Source: an uncultured bacterium
GTDB lineage: Bacteria; Cyanobacteriota; Cyanobacteriia; Cyanobacteriales; JAABRE01
NCBI GenBank assembly: GCA_964413275.1
Contig: CAYPSO010000010.1
Span: forward strand, 1,575 to 65,574
Direction of reading: 5' to 3'
Length of the DNA: 64,000 nt
Shown piece by piece: positions 28,441 to 38,208 of the stretch. Position 1 is the first letter of the stretch, and each line of letters starts with the position of its first letter. The position numbers were made by a program, and so were the translations under genes. Below the pieces are notes generated by a model, which was not told the origin of the DNA, did no database searches, and worked only from the letters and a program-made list of their open reading frames with translations.

Positions 28441-29010
28441 TTATCCAAAATTTACATCTTCATAGATACTTTTAAAATTACCAGTAAAACCGATACTAGA
28501 TAATTCAAAATCCTCTGTTTCTGGGGTATAATTTTGCAAAGTCCATAGGTTATCATTACTTCTTCTAAAAGATTCAATTCTTTGTCTTTTAGTATTAATT
28601 AAAACATACTCTTGTAAACTTTCTACAGTCTGATAATCAGCAAATTTATCACCCCGATCAAAAGCTTCTGTAGAATCAGATAAAACCTCAATAATTAGTT
28701 TAGGAAACTGCTTATAATTTGAGCTTTCTCGGTCTTTTGATTCACAAGTTACAAAAATATCGGGATAATAATAACAATTGCGTTGTTTAACTTGTAGTTT
28801 CATGTCAGAAATATACACTCGACAACCCGATCCTCTTAAATTATTGCGCAAGAAAACAAATAAATTTCCTGCAATAGTGACATGGGTATCACTTGCTCCG
28901 GCCATGTCGTAAATTTCTCCGTTAATATATTCATGTTTGGTACTACTTTTTTCCTCCATTAAAAGATAATTTTCGGGACTGATATAGTTGATTTTAGATG
29001 ATGCGATCAT
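28441..29010 (-). CDS. Uma2-family PD-(D/E)xK endonuclease-like protein
   Basis: KHEYINGEI, YYPDIFV, IIEVLSDST, LQEYVLI. Confidence 0.9.
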   Translation of the reverse strand: MIASSKINYISPENYLLMEEKSSTKHEYINGEIYDMAGASDTHVTIAGNLFVFLRNNLRGSGCRVYISDMKLQVKQRNCYYYPDIFVTCESKDRESSNYKQFPKLIIEVLSDSTEAFDRGDKFADYQTVESLQEYVLINTKRQRIESFRRSNDNLWTLQNYTPETEDFELSSIGFTGNFKSIYEDVNFG

Positions 29011-29076
29011 GGTGTTTTTTCCTCAAGCGATGTGAATGGATAATTTGATACTTGTGCTAATCTTTACTAAATTAGT

Positions 29077-30762
29077 TTAAATACATTGAGGCAAAGAAGA
29101 AACAAACTTGAGTTTGGAATTAACTTGGCGATCTAAGCTCATCACTATGGCATTTTGAGCAGGTTCGGATGTACCATATTCGGGAATAGTTGCGATCGCA
29201 CTGATTTTATCTCCCGATTCCAACACTAAATCTACTGCAAAACGACCTTTTTTATCTGCATAAACTTCGGTTAAATATTTATTTAAAGGTCCATGATTAC
29301 TACCTGTTTCTTCTACTTGATAAATAGTAATTAAAGCATGAGGATCGGCAACTCCATCTATAGCAACTTTATTGTTTTTAAGAATAAATTCGTTACTTAA
29401 AAATCGAGGAGCATTTATCGCTGCATTTCCTGTATCTCGACGACGATTTCTACTATTTCTTTTCGGATTAATTCCGTCTCCAATTCTTGATTCATAAATA
29501 CCTGTATTACGACGAGTATTAATATCTATACTTAATCCTTCTAAGTTACTAAATTGATTGTGAGAAATTAAATTGCGATCGCTTTGAGGATAAGCTGCAA
29601 TCACTACTCCAGGGCCTGTTTGATAATTTATTTGATTATTAATAACTTGATGATTATTTCCCATTAAATAAATAGCACTACTCCTAATTCTTCTGCCATT
29701 TAATTTAATTTCGTTATTAGTAATAGTTACGTTACCTTGAGGTTTGAATAAATAAACACTACTGCCATCATTACCACAAATTAAGTTACTATCAATTTCT
29801 GTACTCGTAATGATTCCCTCTAATCTTATGGCATCTGGGATTCCAGCAATTCCATTACTCGTAATAATATTATTAATTATTTTAGTATTTTCGGCTTTGA
29901 CTCCTGTTATAATAGCACTTCCTTGATGATGGGTTATATAATTTTCTCTGATGAGGGTATTGATGCTATTAAAAATATAAATACCAAAGGCAGAATTTAT
30001 TTTAGGCAAATCATTATTTGGGGAAGTACCTAACCAATTATTTTCAATAATAATATTTTGAGTAGGTTTATTTTTTTCTAAATCATAACTTGTGCCTAAT
30101 ATATCCTGAAAATTATTATCATTTCTTTGTTTTCTAATATATTCGTAATTTGATAATTTTTGTGAAAATTCTTCAGTGTTCAAATTATGGGCAATTACAA
30201 TATCTCCGGGGAGAGTTACCAAGGTTGTTTTATTTTTAATAGTAAAGCCATAAATACTTAATCCTTTAACTGTAATATTATCGGCAATTAAGGTTAAACC
30301 ACGAAATATTTCTGTATTTTCTGCGGGAGTAATTGCTACTACTGGAGTAGGAATATTTTTCTCAGAGATGGTATATTTTGTAGCATTATAACCAGGATTT
30401 GTCGTGCCATCAATTATTACTGGTTTTGCTATAGGAGGTAATATATTTCTTAATTTAATTGTGGTTTCTGGAGCTATTAAGTTAAATTTAATCCTAGAAG
30501 GTTGGGGGCTTTGTACTAAGGTAATTTGTTTTTTTTCTAGCTCGCTTAATTGGTTGATATTTAAGGTCTGATTAATAATTGCGATCGCTTCTTTTAAGGT
30601 TAATTTATCGTCAGGAATAATATCACCATCTTGATTACTATTAACTATTATTTGATAGTTTTGGTCTGAGGGAGTTTCAGCTTGGCTAAAGCTAGGATAA
30701 GTTTTTAAGTTGGTTAAAAATAGAGCTGAAAATAATAATAGTTTTAAATGTTTGTTTATCAT
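29077..30762 (-). CDS. Secreted right-handed parallel beta-helix protein
   Basis: Signal peptide, CSLREA-like LTLKEAI motif, repeated I.NN.I strands, INAPRFLS, GTSEPA. Confidence 0.7.
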   Translation of the reverse strand: MINKHLKLLLFSALFLTNLKTYPSFSQAETPSDQNYQIIVNSNQDGDIIPDDKLTLKEAIAIINQTLNINQLSELEKKQITLVQSPQPSRIKFNLIAPETTIKLRNILPPIAKPVIIDGTTNPGYNATKYTISEKNIPTPVVAITPAENTEIFRGLTLIADNITVKGLSIYGFTIKNKTTLVTLPGDIVIAHNLNTEEFSQKLSNYEYIRKQRNDNNFQDILGTSYDLEKNKPTQNIIIENNWLGTSPNNDLPKINSAFGIYIFNSINTLIRENYITHHQGSAIITGVKAENTKIINNIITSNGIAGIPDAIRLEGIITSTEIDSNLICGNDGSSVYLFKPQGNVTITNNEIKLNGRRIRSSAIYLMGNNHQVINNQINYQTGPGVVIAAYPQSDRNLISHNQFSNLEGLSIDINTRRNTGIYESRIGDGINPKRNSRNRRRDTGNAAINAPRFLSNEFILKNNKVAIDGVADPHALITIYQVEETGSNHGPLNKYLTEVYADKKGRFAVDLVLESGDKISAIATIPEYGTSEPAQNAIVMSLDRQVNSKLKFVSSLPQCI

Positions 30763-30850
30763 TTTTTTATATATATTGTTATTCTGGTTATAGGTTGTTT
30801 TTTTACTATAGCAATAATTTCTTAGTTAGAAACATAACATTTTTTGTGAA

Positions 30851-30890
30851 CCGCAGAGAGAAGAGAGAGGAAGGAGAGAACAAAGAGAGG
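30851..30890 (+). repeat. AACCGCAGAG purine-rich dispersed repeat (second copy inverted at ~60243-60270)
   Basis: aaccgcagagagaagagagag here; ctctgtgttctctctctgcggtt at 60246. Confidence 0.45.
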
Positions 30891-30909
30891 AATGTTCATA
30901 ATTTTTTTA

Positions 30910-33900
30910 TTAATTATCATTATTTTTAGTTTGATTGGTTTTGGGATTTTCAACATTTTCTTGATTTTTTTGTTGCCAAATAGAATCCTCCTCGGTAGCT
31001 TTAGAAGTTAATAATTCTTGTTGTTGAGGTGGTACTGGTTTTTGTTCTCCAAAACCGTCCCATAATCCGTTAAGTTTTACTGTTACACCAATATATGGGC
31101 CTCCTGCACTACGAGTACCTGTAAAGTCTGCATCGTCAACTTTACCAAAACCATATCCCGCATATAAACGTAATTCTGAGGTAAGATAATAGCCAAGCTC
31201 AGCGAGAAAACCAGTTTCTGTATAACCAGCCGAAGGTTGACTAATCATGCGAGCTTCGGCGACGACATCCCAGTTGTAACCTAAACGATAACTAGCTCTC
31301 AATTGTCCTAAATGAATTTCGCTGTTAGCAACAAAATCATCCGCTAAATAGGTGGTACTAGAGCGAAAGGCATATTTACCATAAAATTCCCATCGCCAAT
31401 TAGGTGTATAAATTCCTTCTAAGGATAATAAGTGGTCTTCTGAACCAGTACCTATACCAAATAAGATGGTATCGGGAATGGTATTAGGGTTTTGGCGAAA
31501 CTCATATTTGAGTAAACCGTTGAAACGGTCGTCATTAGGGTTGCGATAAGCTAAACCTACTTTTAATTCTCTACTTGTACCTAAATCTTCTAAACCCTGG
31601 TTCGCCACATCAGACTGTTGATAACTAAATAATCCTTGTAAGGAGGGCGTAATTTTGCCATTGGCATTGGCAGTTAAAACTGTATTACTACTTTTAGAAG
31701 AGTCACGGTGTTCAAAACGTATTGATGCACTAAAGTCAGGATTGTCAGTATAGTTTAAACCGACACTATAGCTATTACCATTGGTTAATTGTAATGCTGA
31801 AGCACCTTGGCCAACAGCATAGGGTTGTTGAAAGGGTTTACCGCTTCCTGTGTAACCAAAATTATTAGTAAAAACTCTTTCATAGGCAAATTTCATTTTT
31901 AATCCGGGGGCAATTTTCCAATCTTGCTCTAGGCCTATTGCACCTCGGCCAAGTAAACCACTTTCACTATTTTCAAAGGAATATCGTCCTTTAAATCTAG
32001 TGTCTGAACCTAGTTTATAATTAGTGTCAAGGTTAACACGGGTTAAAGATTGCCCTTCTAATGGGCCACGGGTAAACCACTGTTGTTCGACTCCCAAAGT
32101 GACCCAATCGGCAATTTTCCAATCTAAACCAATGCCTGTACGATCTGAAAATACCGTATCGGCATCAGCAATTATCGTAGTTTCATTAATTGCTTTAACA
32201 GTGAGATTTTTAGTAATAGGATAATCTATACGGGTACGTAATTGTCCTGATTCGCTGTTTAAGTTACCCGGACTCATTCTATCTTGACGAGAACGCCAAA
32301 TAAAATCAAGGTCTAGATTCGCTTTACCAATTTTTTGATCGATGTCCGCACTAAGAGTAGTTAAACTATTATCAACTTCACTACCGGGGATAAAGCTGGT
32401 TGTAGGATCGAGAAATTCTTCAATCTTGTCTAAAGGGCGAGGCACAACACCAAAATTGTCTTCACGATCATATTTTAAGCTTAAAGCCGTATTTTTAGAA
32501 ACTTTAGCGGTTATATTAGCACCGTAGCGGGTTTGTCCGGGGACAAAGCTAACGGTAGCATCGTTAGAAAATCCCGCATCCGCCGTTTTATAATAGGCTC
32601 TAGCTCGAATATTATTACCGATATCCGCTTCTGCTTCAAATCTATAGGCATCTCCTTTAACATAGCCATTAAATTCTACGGAGTTTTCTGAGTGGGCATA
32701 TTCACCAATAAGACGGAAATCTTTACCGATGGATATTTGGGTATCAAAACCATAGAGAATAAAATCGTGATCTTCTTTATCTTCCTGCCAATAGGTCGCT
32801 CCTAACCATGTTTCTCGATCTGGTTCTCGGTTAAAATGGTAGCGAGCTCTTCCTGCAAATATAGTATTGTCGTTACCTGGAGATTCATATTCGTAGGTGG
32901 TGACTATTTTACGAATTAAAACATTACCTTGTCTATCGGTGCTTGTTCTTAAAATAGGCTGTCTAAATTGTAAACTACCGCGATCGTAATCTATTTCATA
33001 ATCGGCATCCCTTCTTAAAAGAGTGCGCTCAATAACTGTGCCGGGGCGATTTAATTCTTCTAGTTCAATATATACTTCTTCTGAACCTGATTTGAGCAAA
33101 CGACGGGAAAGGAAATATAAACCACTTGTGCCATCTGGAGCAATGGAATCTCTTTGAAAACCATCAACTTGATTCGCAAATAAACCACTTAACTGTAAAT
33201 TACCCAAATTGTAATTAAATTTCGCCCCATGTAGTGAACGAGAAACAGCAGAAAATTCTTGGTTAGGGGTGCTAAATTCTTCGGTACGATAATCTCCCCA
33301 CATCACATAATCGGGATCTGCATTTTTAATCTGGGGACTACGCTCTAAACGCAAATAGAGTTGATCTGTGGAAGGGGCTATTTTTTCTATGCTAGAGTTG
33401 TCGCCATAGGTAGGATAATCATATTCTGAACTCTGATAAGTGCCAAAAAGACGATTATCGCAGTCACAATCCTTATTTATACTGCGATCGCTATTAAAAG
33501 CTGCTGTATATTTCCATTCTCCTAAGCTACCTGTAGCAAATACCGCAGAAGTAACATCAAATTCTAAGCTATTATCTTCGTCACGGGGTAAATAATTTTG
33601 ATAAATATCATGGTAATTTGTACCCCTTGCCCCTAAACGTAGATCGATATAACCAGTTAAAATTGGATCGTCTCTAAGTTGAGTGGAAAATAACATTTGA
33701 GTAAAACCCTGATATTCTCCACCATTGGAAATAGCACTAATTCTAACTTTTTCTGCATCTAAACCTGACTTGAGTTGAGCGGAAAATTCACCATCAATGG
33801 ATTTTACCTGAAATCCTTCTAAATTAGGATTGGCATCCGCACCAATAAATTCTCCACTACTGGTAAACAGAGTAACGGTAGCATTCCACTTAGAAGTACC

Positions 33901-34668
33901 GCCATTTTTATCAATAAAACGACCGTTAATTGTGGCGCTAGAACGACCATCTGCGGGAATCCTAGATTCTACTGTTTTGATTTCTAGTTTGGCAGGTAAA
34001 CCCGGTACATTAATAGTGATGCTAGTTTCTGGGCCATAAACACCATTGAGATTGGCACGAGCAGTGATAGTGTTTTTTCCTTCTTTAAAAATGACTCCGT
34101 ACCAAGTTTGAATTAAAACTTGATTTTCAGAATCTTCTTCAATACGACCAATTAAGCTAGAATCAACTAATTTACCATTAACTAATAAATCTACAGTTGC
34201 ACCTAGTGGCGATTGAACGATAACACTACTGGAAATACCAGTTAAAAACTCTTCATTTTGAGGAGTTACAATTTTGACTTTTGGCCCTTCTTGTGGATTA
34301 ACTTCATTGTCGGTGGAAAGAGGTATGTTTTCTGTGGGAGATTCTTGAGGGGAAACAGGTATATTTTCTGTAGTCGGATTTTCTTCTTGAGCAATTAGGG
34401 TAGTTTCTGCCCCCCTTAATCTCCCCTTAATCCCCCTTTGGAAAGGGAGGGGGGAACTCGAATTATAGTCTCCTTTAAATTCACTAATAAATTTTTCTTC
34501 TTGAAATTGCTGTAAATCATCGTTAATATCAGCAATAGTTGTGTTTGCTTGAGCTACATTTGTTCCGACTAAACATATTAAACTAGCAATGGAGACGACA
34601 GTAAAACATTCTTTTCCAATTCTTTGTGTTAAGGGAAAGAGACTAAAATTGTTATTATTTTTTTTCAT
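30910..34668 (-). CDS. Large predicted outer-membrane beta-barrel protein with N-terminal Ig-like domains
   Basis: Signal peptide, Big-like IPADGRSSATINGRF, ~700 aa of alternating aromatic/polar strands ending GPYIGVTVKL. Confidence 0.7.
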   Translation of the reverse strand: MKKNNNNFSLFPLTQRIGKECFTVVSIASLICLVGTNVAQANTTIADINDDLQQFQEEKFISEFKGDYNSSSPLPFQRGIKGRLRGAETTLIAQEENPTTENIPVSPQESPTENIPLSTDNEVNPQEGPKVKIVTPQNEEFLTGISSSVIVQSPLGATVDLLVNGKLVDSSLIGRIEEDSENQVLIQTWYGVIFKEGKNTITARANLNGVYGPETSITINVPGLPAKLEIKTVESRIPADGRSSATINGRFIDKNGGTSKWNATVTLFTSSGEFIGADANPNLEGFQVKSIDGEFSAQLKSGLDAEKVRISAISNGGEYQGFTQMLFSTQLRDDPILTGYIDLRLGARGTNYHDIYQNYLPRDEDNSLEFDVTSAVFATGSLGEWKYTAAFNSDRSINKDCDCDNRLFGTYQSSEYDYPTYGDNSSIEKIAPSTDQLYLRLERSPQIKNADPDYVMWGDYRTEEFSTPNQEFSAVSRSLHGAKFNYNLGNLQLSGLFANQVDGFQRDSIAPDGTSGLYFLSRRLLKSGSEEVYIELEELNRPGTVIERTLLRRDADYEIDYDRGSLQFRQPILRTSTDRQGNVLIRKIVTTYEYESPGNDNTIFAGRARYHFNREPDRETWLGATYWQEDKEDHDFILYGFDTQISIGKDFRLIGEYAHSENSVEFNGYVKGDAYRFEAEADIGNNIRARAYYKTADAGFSNDATVSFVPGQTRYGANITAKVSKNTALSLKYDREDNFGVVPRPLDKIEEFLDPTTSFIPGSEVDNSLTTLSADIDQKIGKANLDLDFIWRSRQDRMSPGNLNSESGQLRTRIDYPITKNLTVKAINETTIIADADTVFSDRTGIGLDWKIADWVTLGVEQQWFTRGPLEGQSLTRVNLDTNYKLGSDTRFKGRYSFENSESGLLGRGAIGLEQDWKIAPGLKMKFAYERVFTNNFGYTGSGKPFQQPYAVGQGASALQLTNGNSYSVGLNYTDNPDFSASIRFEHRDSSKSSNTVLTANANGKITPSLQGLFSYQQSDVANQGLEDLGTSRELKVGLAYRNPNDDRFNGLLKYEFRQNPNTIPDTILFGIGTGSEDHLLSLEGIYTPNWRWEFYGKYAFRSSTTYLADDFVANSEIHLGQLRASYRLGYNWDVVAEARMISQPSAGYTETGFLAELGYYLTSELRLYAGYGFGKVDDADFTGTRSAGGPYIGVTVKLNGLWDGFGEQKPVPPQQQELLTSKATEEDSIWQQKNQENVENPKTNQTKNNDN
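34410..34454. repeat. C/G-rich dispersed repeat inserted in frame in the beta-barrel gene
   Basis: cccccttaatctccccttaatccccctttggaaagggagggggg, encoding SPLPFQRGIKGRLRG. Confidence 0.6.
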
Positions 34669-37124
34669 GGTGCATTCTCCTCCCCAAAAGCAGGAGTTAC
34701 TGCAAAGTTCATTTTGACAATGCTTCCGGGAGCTAAACGCACCAGTCGAGATTGACTATTTTTTTCGATGAAGCGAAGATTAGGGGCAAGGGCATAACCC
34801 GGAACACTGGTTAAATCTAGGACTCCAGTATGATACCCCGGTAAAATATTAGCGACAGTAAATAAACCATTTTCATCAGTGCTAATTCTATTACCATCTT
34901 CTAAAAAGATAATTGCATTAGCTACTCCGGGTTCTCCGGGTTGTTGTTCGCCATCGAAGTTTTTATCAACAAATACTCGGCCGATAATTGTGCCACAGTT
35001 AGCCACAATCCCCGGTTCAACATCTAAGGTATGAATTGCAGGCCCATCATTGAGAGTTAAACCGTTATCTAGCCGAGTTGCCGAAACATTAGCTAAATTT
35101 TTACCACTACCCCGTAGGGAATCCGGTGTAAGTTGGGCGGCATAAACAAGGGTAAGAGTTTCTCCGGTTTCTAAAACACCGTTATACACAAAGTCCACAT
35201 CTTGTTTATTGGTGCTAACTTCTAAATCAATTATTTCTTCGCCAACGGCGGCTTTAACTGAATTTTCTAGAAAACGGAAACCCGCAGGTAAAATATCAGA
35301 AAGCTTAACAGTTTCTATATCACTAACAGATAGATTTCTGACGATTAAACGGTATAAAACCGTATCTCCGGGTTCTGCGTTGGCTCTATCCCCTGTTTTA
35401 TCAATTCTGATTTCTTGCTCTTCACAAATACTTGCTCCTAAATCTAGTACCCCAATATCCAAGCCAATTCTGTCTGCATCCTCCACAAGAACGATTTCCC
35501 CAGTAATTTCTGTTCTTTGCAAAGGATCGGCAACACTGATTGGCTTACCATCTAAAGACCTTGCCGTATATTGAACTATATTATCAAAAGTCTCACCAAT
35601 GGTAATTTTAATACGACGCTCATCATAGATAGAATCTTCGGGGGGTTTAACTATTAAAATATATTCTCTACCTTTATCAAGTTGCTGCATACTTTCATCA
35701 AAAAGAAAGCTATATTTGCCATCATCTTGATTGGTTAGGAAAAAAGGATTAGAATTTTGAATATTGGGTTCAATACCTTTAGGAATAGCATTATTAGGAT
35801 CGTCGGGTAACTCAGTTGTGGTTAACTCTGTTAAACTAGTTATCTCTGTGGGAATCACAGGATCTACATCAAATATCCCTACCACAAAACCTCGATAATC
35901 TTCTAAAAGTGCGCCTCCACAACCACTAATTTGTCCAAAGGGATCTGTTAATGGGTCTAAAACTGTAATTAAACTTAGGGTAGGAGAAGTAATAATCGGC
36001 TCGTTTTCACCATTAGTACAATCTGTGGCTAAACCAAGACTTAAGGAAGTAGATGAAACGGTGGATAAGTTACCAACAGTGGTGATGGCAACGATTTTTA
36101 CCTGTTCTTGAGGTTGTAAGACTAATGGAGTACCTTGCTCGGTAATATCACCTTCAGTAATAACTTCTCCTGTGGAAATCTTACTTTTTTGGTATTTAAC
36201 GGCAACTATTTGACCAGGGCCTTCTAAACCAGTAGATTGTAAGGTTGCTGCATTGGGTAAATCAAGGGTTGCTTGAGCTAAACCTTGATTAGCAAAAACA
36301 AACTCATAATTAACCGTATCTCCCTGGGTGATACTAGAAGCTCCTCCTTCACGAATTACTTTTAATTCTGACTCTAGTAAGGTTTGGTTAGCTTCAAGAC
36401 TGTTAACTACCTCAGTGTCTAAACCAATAGTAATTGAAGCAAATATATCTTGTCGGGCTTGCCAAAAGGAGCTTGTAGCATTAAGTCCAGTAATAGTGTT
36501 TAAAGCTGTTGCCCTAGCGTTTTGAGCTTGTTGTGTATTTAAACCTAATACTTTTAATGTCTCAACAGAAGTATTACTAAGAGCGATTAAAATATTATTG
36601 GTTGAGATTTGATTAGCTAAATTTGCTTTTTCTGGGGGTAAAGCGGAGGTTATAGCAGCAATTACTTGACTTAATCCCTCTTCTATGCTAGTATTTTCTG
36701 ATAAAGTTAAAAAGCGAGCGATCGCCGTATTAATTACTGTTTCTCTTTCTGTACTGCTTAATTGCTTTAAAAAAGAATCCTCAAGTTCTGCTTCTAAAGC
36801 ATCAGCAATAGTTCCTACTCCTAAAATTAAGTTACCTTCAGCATCAGTAATATTATTTTTAGCTACTTTTAAGTTAACTTGTTTACCGATAAGCTGATTA
36901 CTAAGGGAATTACTTATTCCAAAATACTTTTTATCAGAAACAGAATACTCATAACTGGCATTATTAACTAACTGAACTTTTGCATCGCCTACATCCGCCT
37001 GACATTGTAAAGCAGTCTGAGCAAAACTCGGTAAAGGTATCAGAGCTAAAGCCAAGGGTAGAGAAGTTACAGCTAAAGCTTTTACCAATTTATTTAATTT
37101 GAATGATGGCATGAGCTTTAACAC
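34665..37124 (-). CDS. Secreted DUF11 + SdrD-B-like domain protein
   Basis: IRIDKTGDRANAEPGDTVLYRLIVRN..LSDILPAGF (DUF11); GRVFVDKNFDGEQQPGEPGV..STDENGLF (SdrD-B); 4-nt overlap with the next gene. Confidence 0.78.
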   Translation of the reverse strand: MLKLMPSFKLNKLVKALAVTSLPLALALIPLPSFAQTALQCQADVGDAKVQLVNNASYEYSVSDKKYFGISNSLSNQLIGKQVNLKVAKNNITDAEGNLILGVGTIADALEAELEDSFLKQLSSTERETVINTAIARFLTLSENTSIEEGLSQVIAAITSALPPEKANLANQISTNNILIALSNTSVETLKVLGLNTQQAQNARATALNTITGLNATSSFWQARQDIFASITIGLDTEVVNSLEANQTLLESELKVIREGGASSITQGDTVNYEFVFANQGLAQATLDLPNAATLQSTGLEGPGQIVAVKYQKSKISTGEVITEGDITEQGTPLVLQPQEQVKIVAITTVGNLSTVSSTSLSLGLATDCTNGENEPIITSPTLSLITVLDPLTDPFGQISGCGGALLEDYRGFVVGIFDVDPVIPTEITSLTELTTTELPDDPNNAIPKGIEPNIQNSNPFFLTNQDDGKYSFLFDESMQQLDKGREYILIVKPPEDSIYDERRIKITIGETFDNIVQYTARSLDGKPISVADPLQRTEITGEIVLVEDADRIGLDIGVLDLGASICEEQEIRIDKTGDRANAEPGDTVLYRLIVRNLSVSDIETVKLSDILPAGFRFLENSVKAAVGEEIIDLEVSTNKQDVDFVYNGVLETGETLTLVYAAQLTPDSLRGSGKNLANVSATRLDNGLTLNDGPAIHTLDVEPGIVANCGTIIGRVFVDKNFDGEQQPGEPGVANAIIFLEDGNRISTDENGLFTVANILPGYHTGVLDLTSVPGYALAPNLRFIEKNSQSRLVRLAPGSIVKMNFAVTPAFGEENAP

Positions 37125-37156
37125 TTTGATTAACTCCAGAATAAGTAGTTCGTAGT

Positions 37157-37233
37157 TAGTGGACTGTTTCGCATTTGCTGACGCAAACGTAGTTAGAAAG
37201 CTAAAAGCTAAAAGCTAATCGCTAAAAGCTAAC
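37157..37233. repeat. MITE terminal repeat fragment followed by heptamer tandem repeats
   Basis: tagtggactgtttc at 37157-37170; (aaagcta)n/aatcgct at 37197-37233. Confidence 0.65.
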
Positions 37234-37239
37234 TATTAA

Positions 37240-37908
37240 CTATCTAACCCTGACTTGATAATTAGCTTTGTTTTGAGTAGGATCGCTATTATCGTTAGGA
37301 TCGACATCACCCAATTGAACACTAATTTCATCAACAATGGAGGTAGCAGTAATTTCTGAGGTAATTTCAACATCTATGTAATCACCAGAAGCTATCAGAG
37401 CGTTAGTTCTTTGATAAGCTTCGTTAACTGTAACAGGAGTAAAATTAGCGGTTATATCAGTACCAGCACTATCTTTTACTACTAAACTCACATCCGCAGC
37501 ATCTACTGATAAACCTTTTAGGTAAGCTGAATTTTCTAAGGTTGCTTCTGTGGGAATAGCTATGTGAGTGCTATCGTTACCTGTATTAGTTACCCTAAAT
37601 TTAAAGGTTACTATGTCGTCTTTATCATAAGAATCACCATTGGGATCGTCAACACCATTGGGTACGACGATAATACCAGCAACTTCAGCTACGGTTACTA
37701 CGACAGTGTTAGATTCGGCGTTAATTACATTGCCTTCATCGTCTGTATAGGTAGCGGTAGCTGTGTTACTAATGGTAGAGCCGGCATCAGGCGTTGTCTG
37801 AGCGTTGGCTATCAAGGGCATTCCTAATTGAAATAAACTTGCTGTAGCTAAGGTTGAGCCGACAAGTGAGCGAACATATTTTTTCTTTTTAGAATAAGAT
37901 TTTTTCAT
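37240..37908 (-). CDS. Secreted DUF11/Ig-like protein, probably C-terminally truncated
   Basis: Signal peptide ending ANA, AGSTISNTATATY..SNTVVVTVAEVAGI, FKFRVTNTGND; stops beside the repeat block. Confidence 0.65.
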   Translation of the reverse strand: MKKSYSKKKKYVRSLVGSTLATASLFQLGMPLIANAQTTPDAGSTISNTATATYTDDEGNVINAESNTVVVTVAEVAGIIVVPNGVDDPNGDSYDKDDIVTFKFRVTNTGNDSTHIAIPTEATLENSAYLKGLSVDAADVSLVVKDSAGTDITANFTPVTVNEAYQRTNALIASGDYIDVEITSEITATSIVDEISVQLGDVDPNDNSDPTQNKANYQVRVR

Positions 37909-38208
37909 CTATATTTTTTCTACTTCGAGATAGGTTATTGTATTTGTTTGATTTTTTGTTAGTTGTTTTTGATTTATATAAATCTAGTACAATAACAATA
38001 GATTAAGGAAAATCTAAAATAAGTTTTAACTTATTTGTTTACCTGTTTTAATACAATTTTCACATAAACCTTTTACCGATGTAATCAGGCATTTTACTGA
38101 ATATTTTTTAGATAAGTAATTAAACTTACTTATGCACTTCATTGATTTTGTTTAGGTACTTACGTATTTTTTCTTATTAATTTTAATCAGCTTCAAAATT
38201 AGGTTGAT

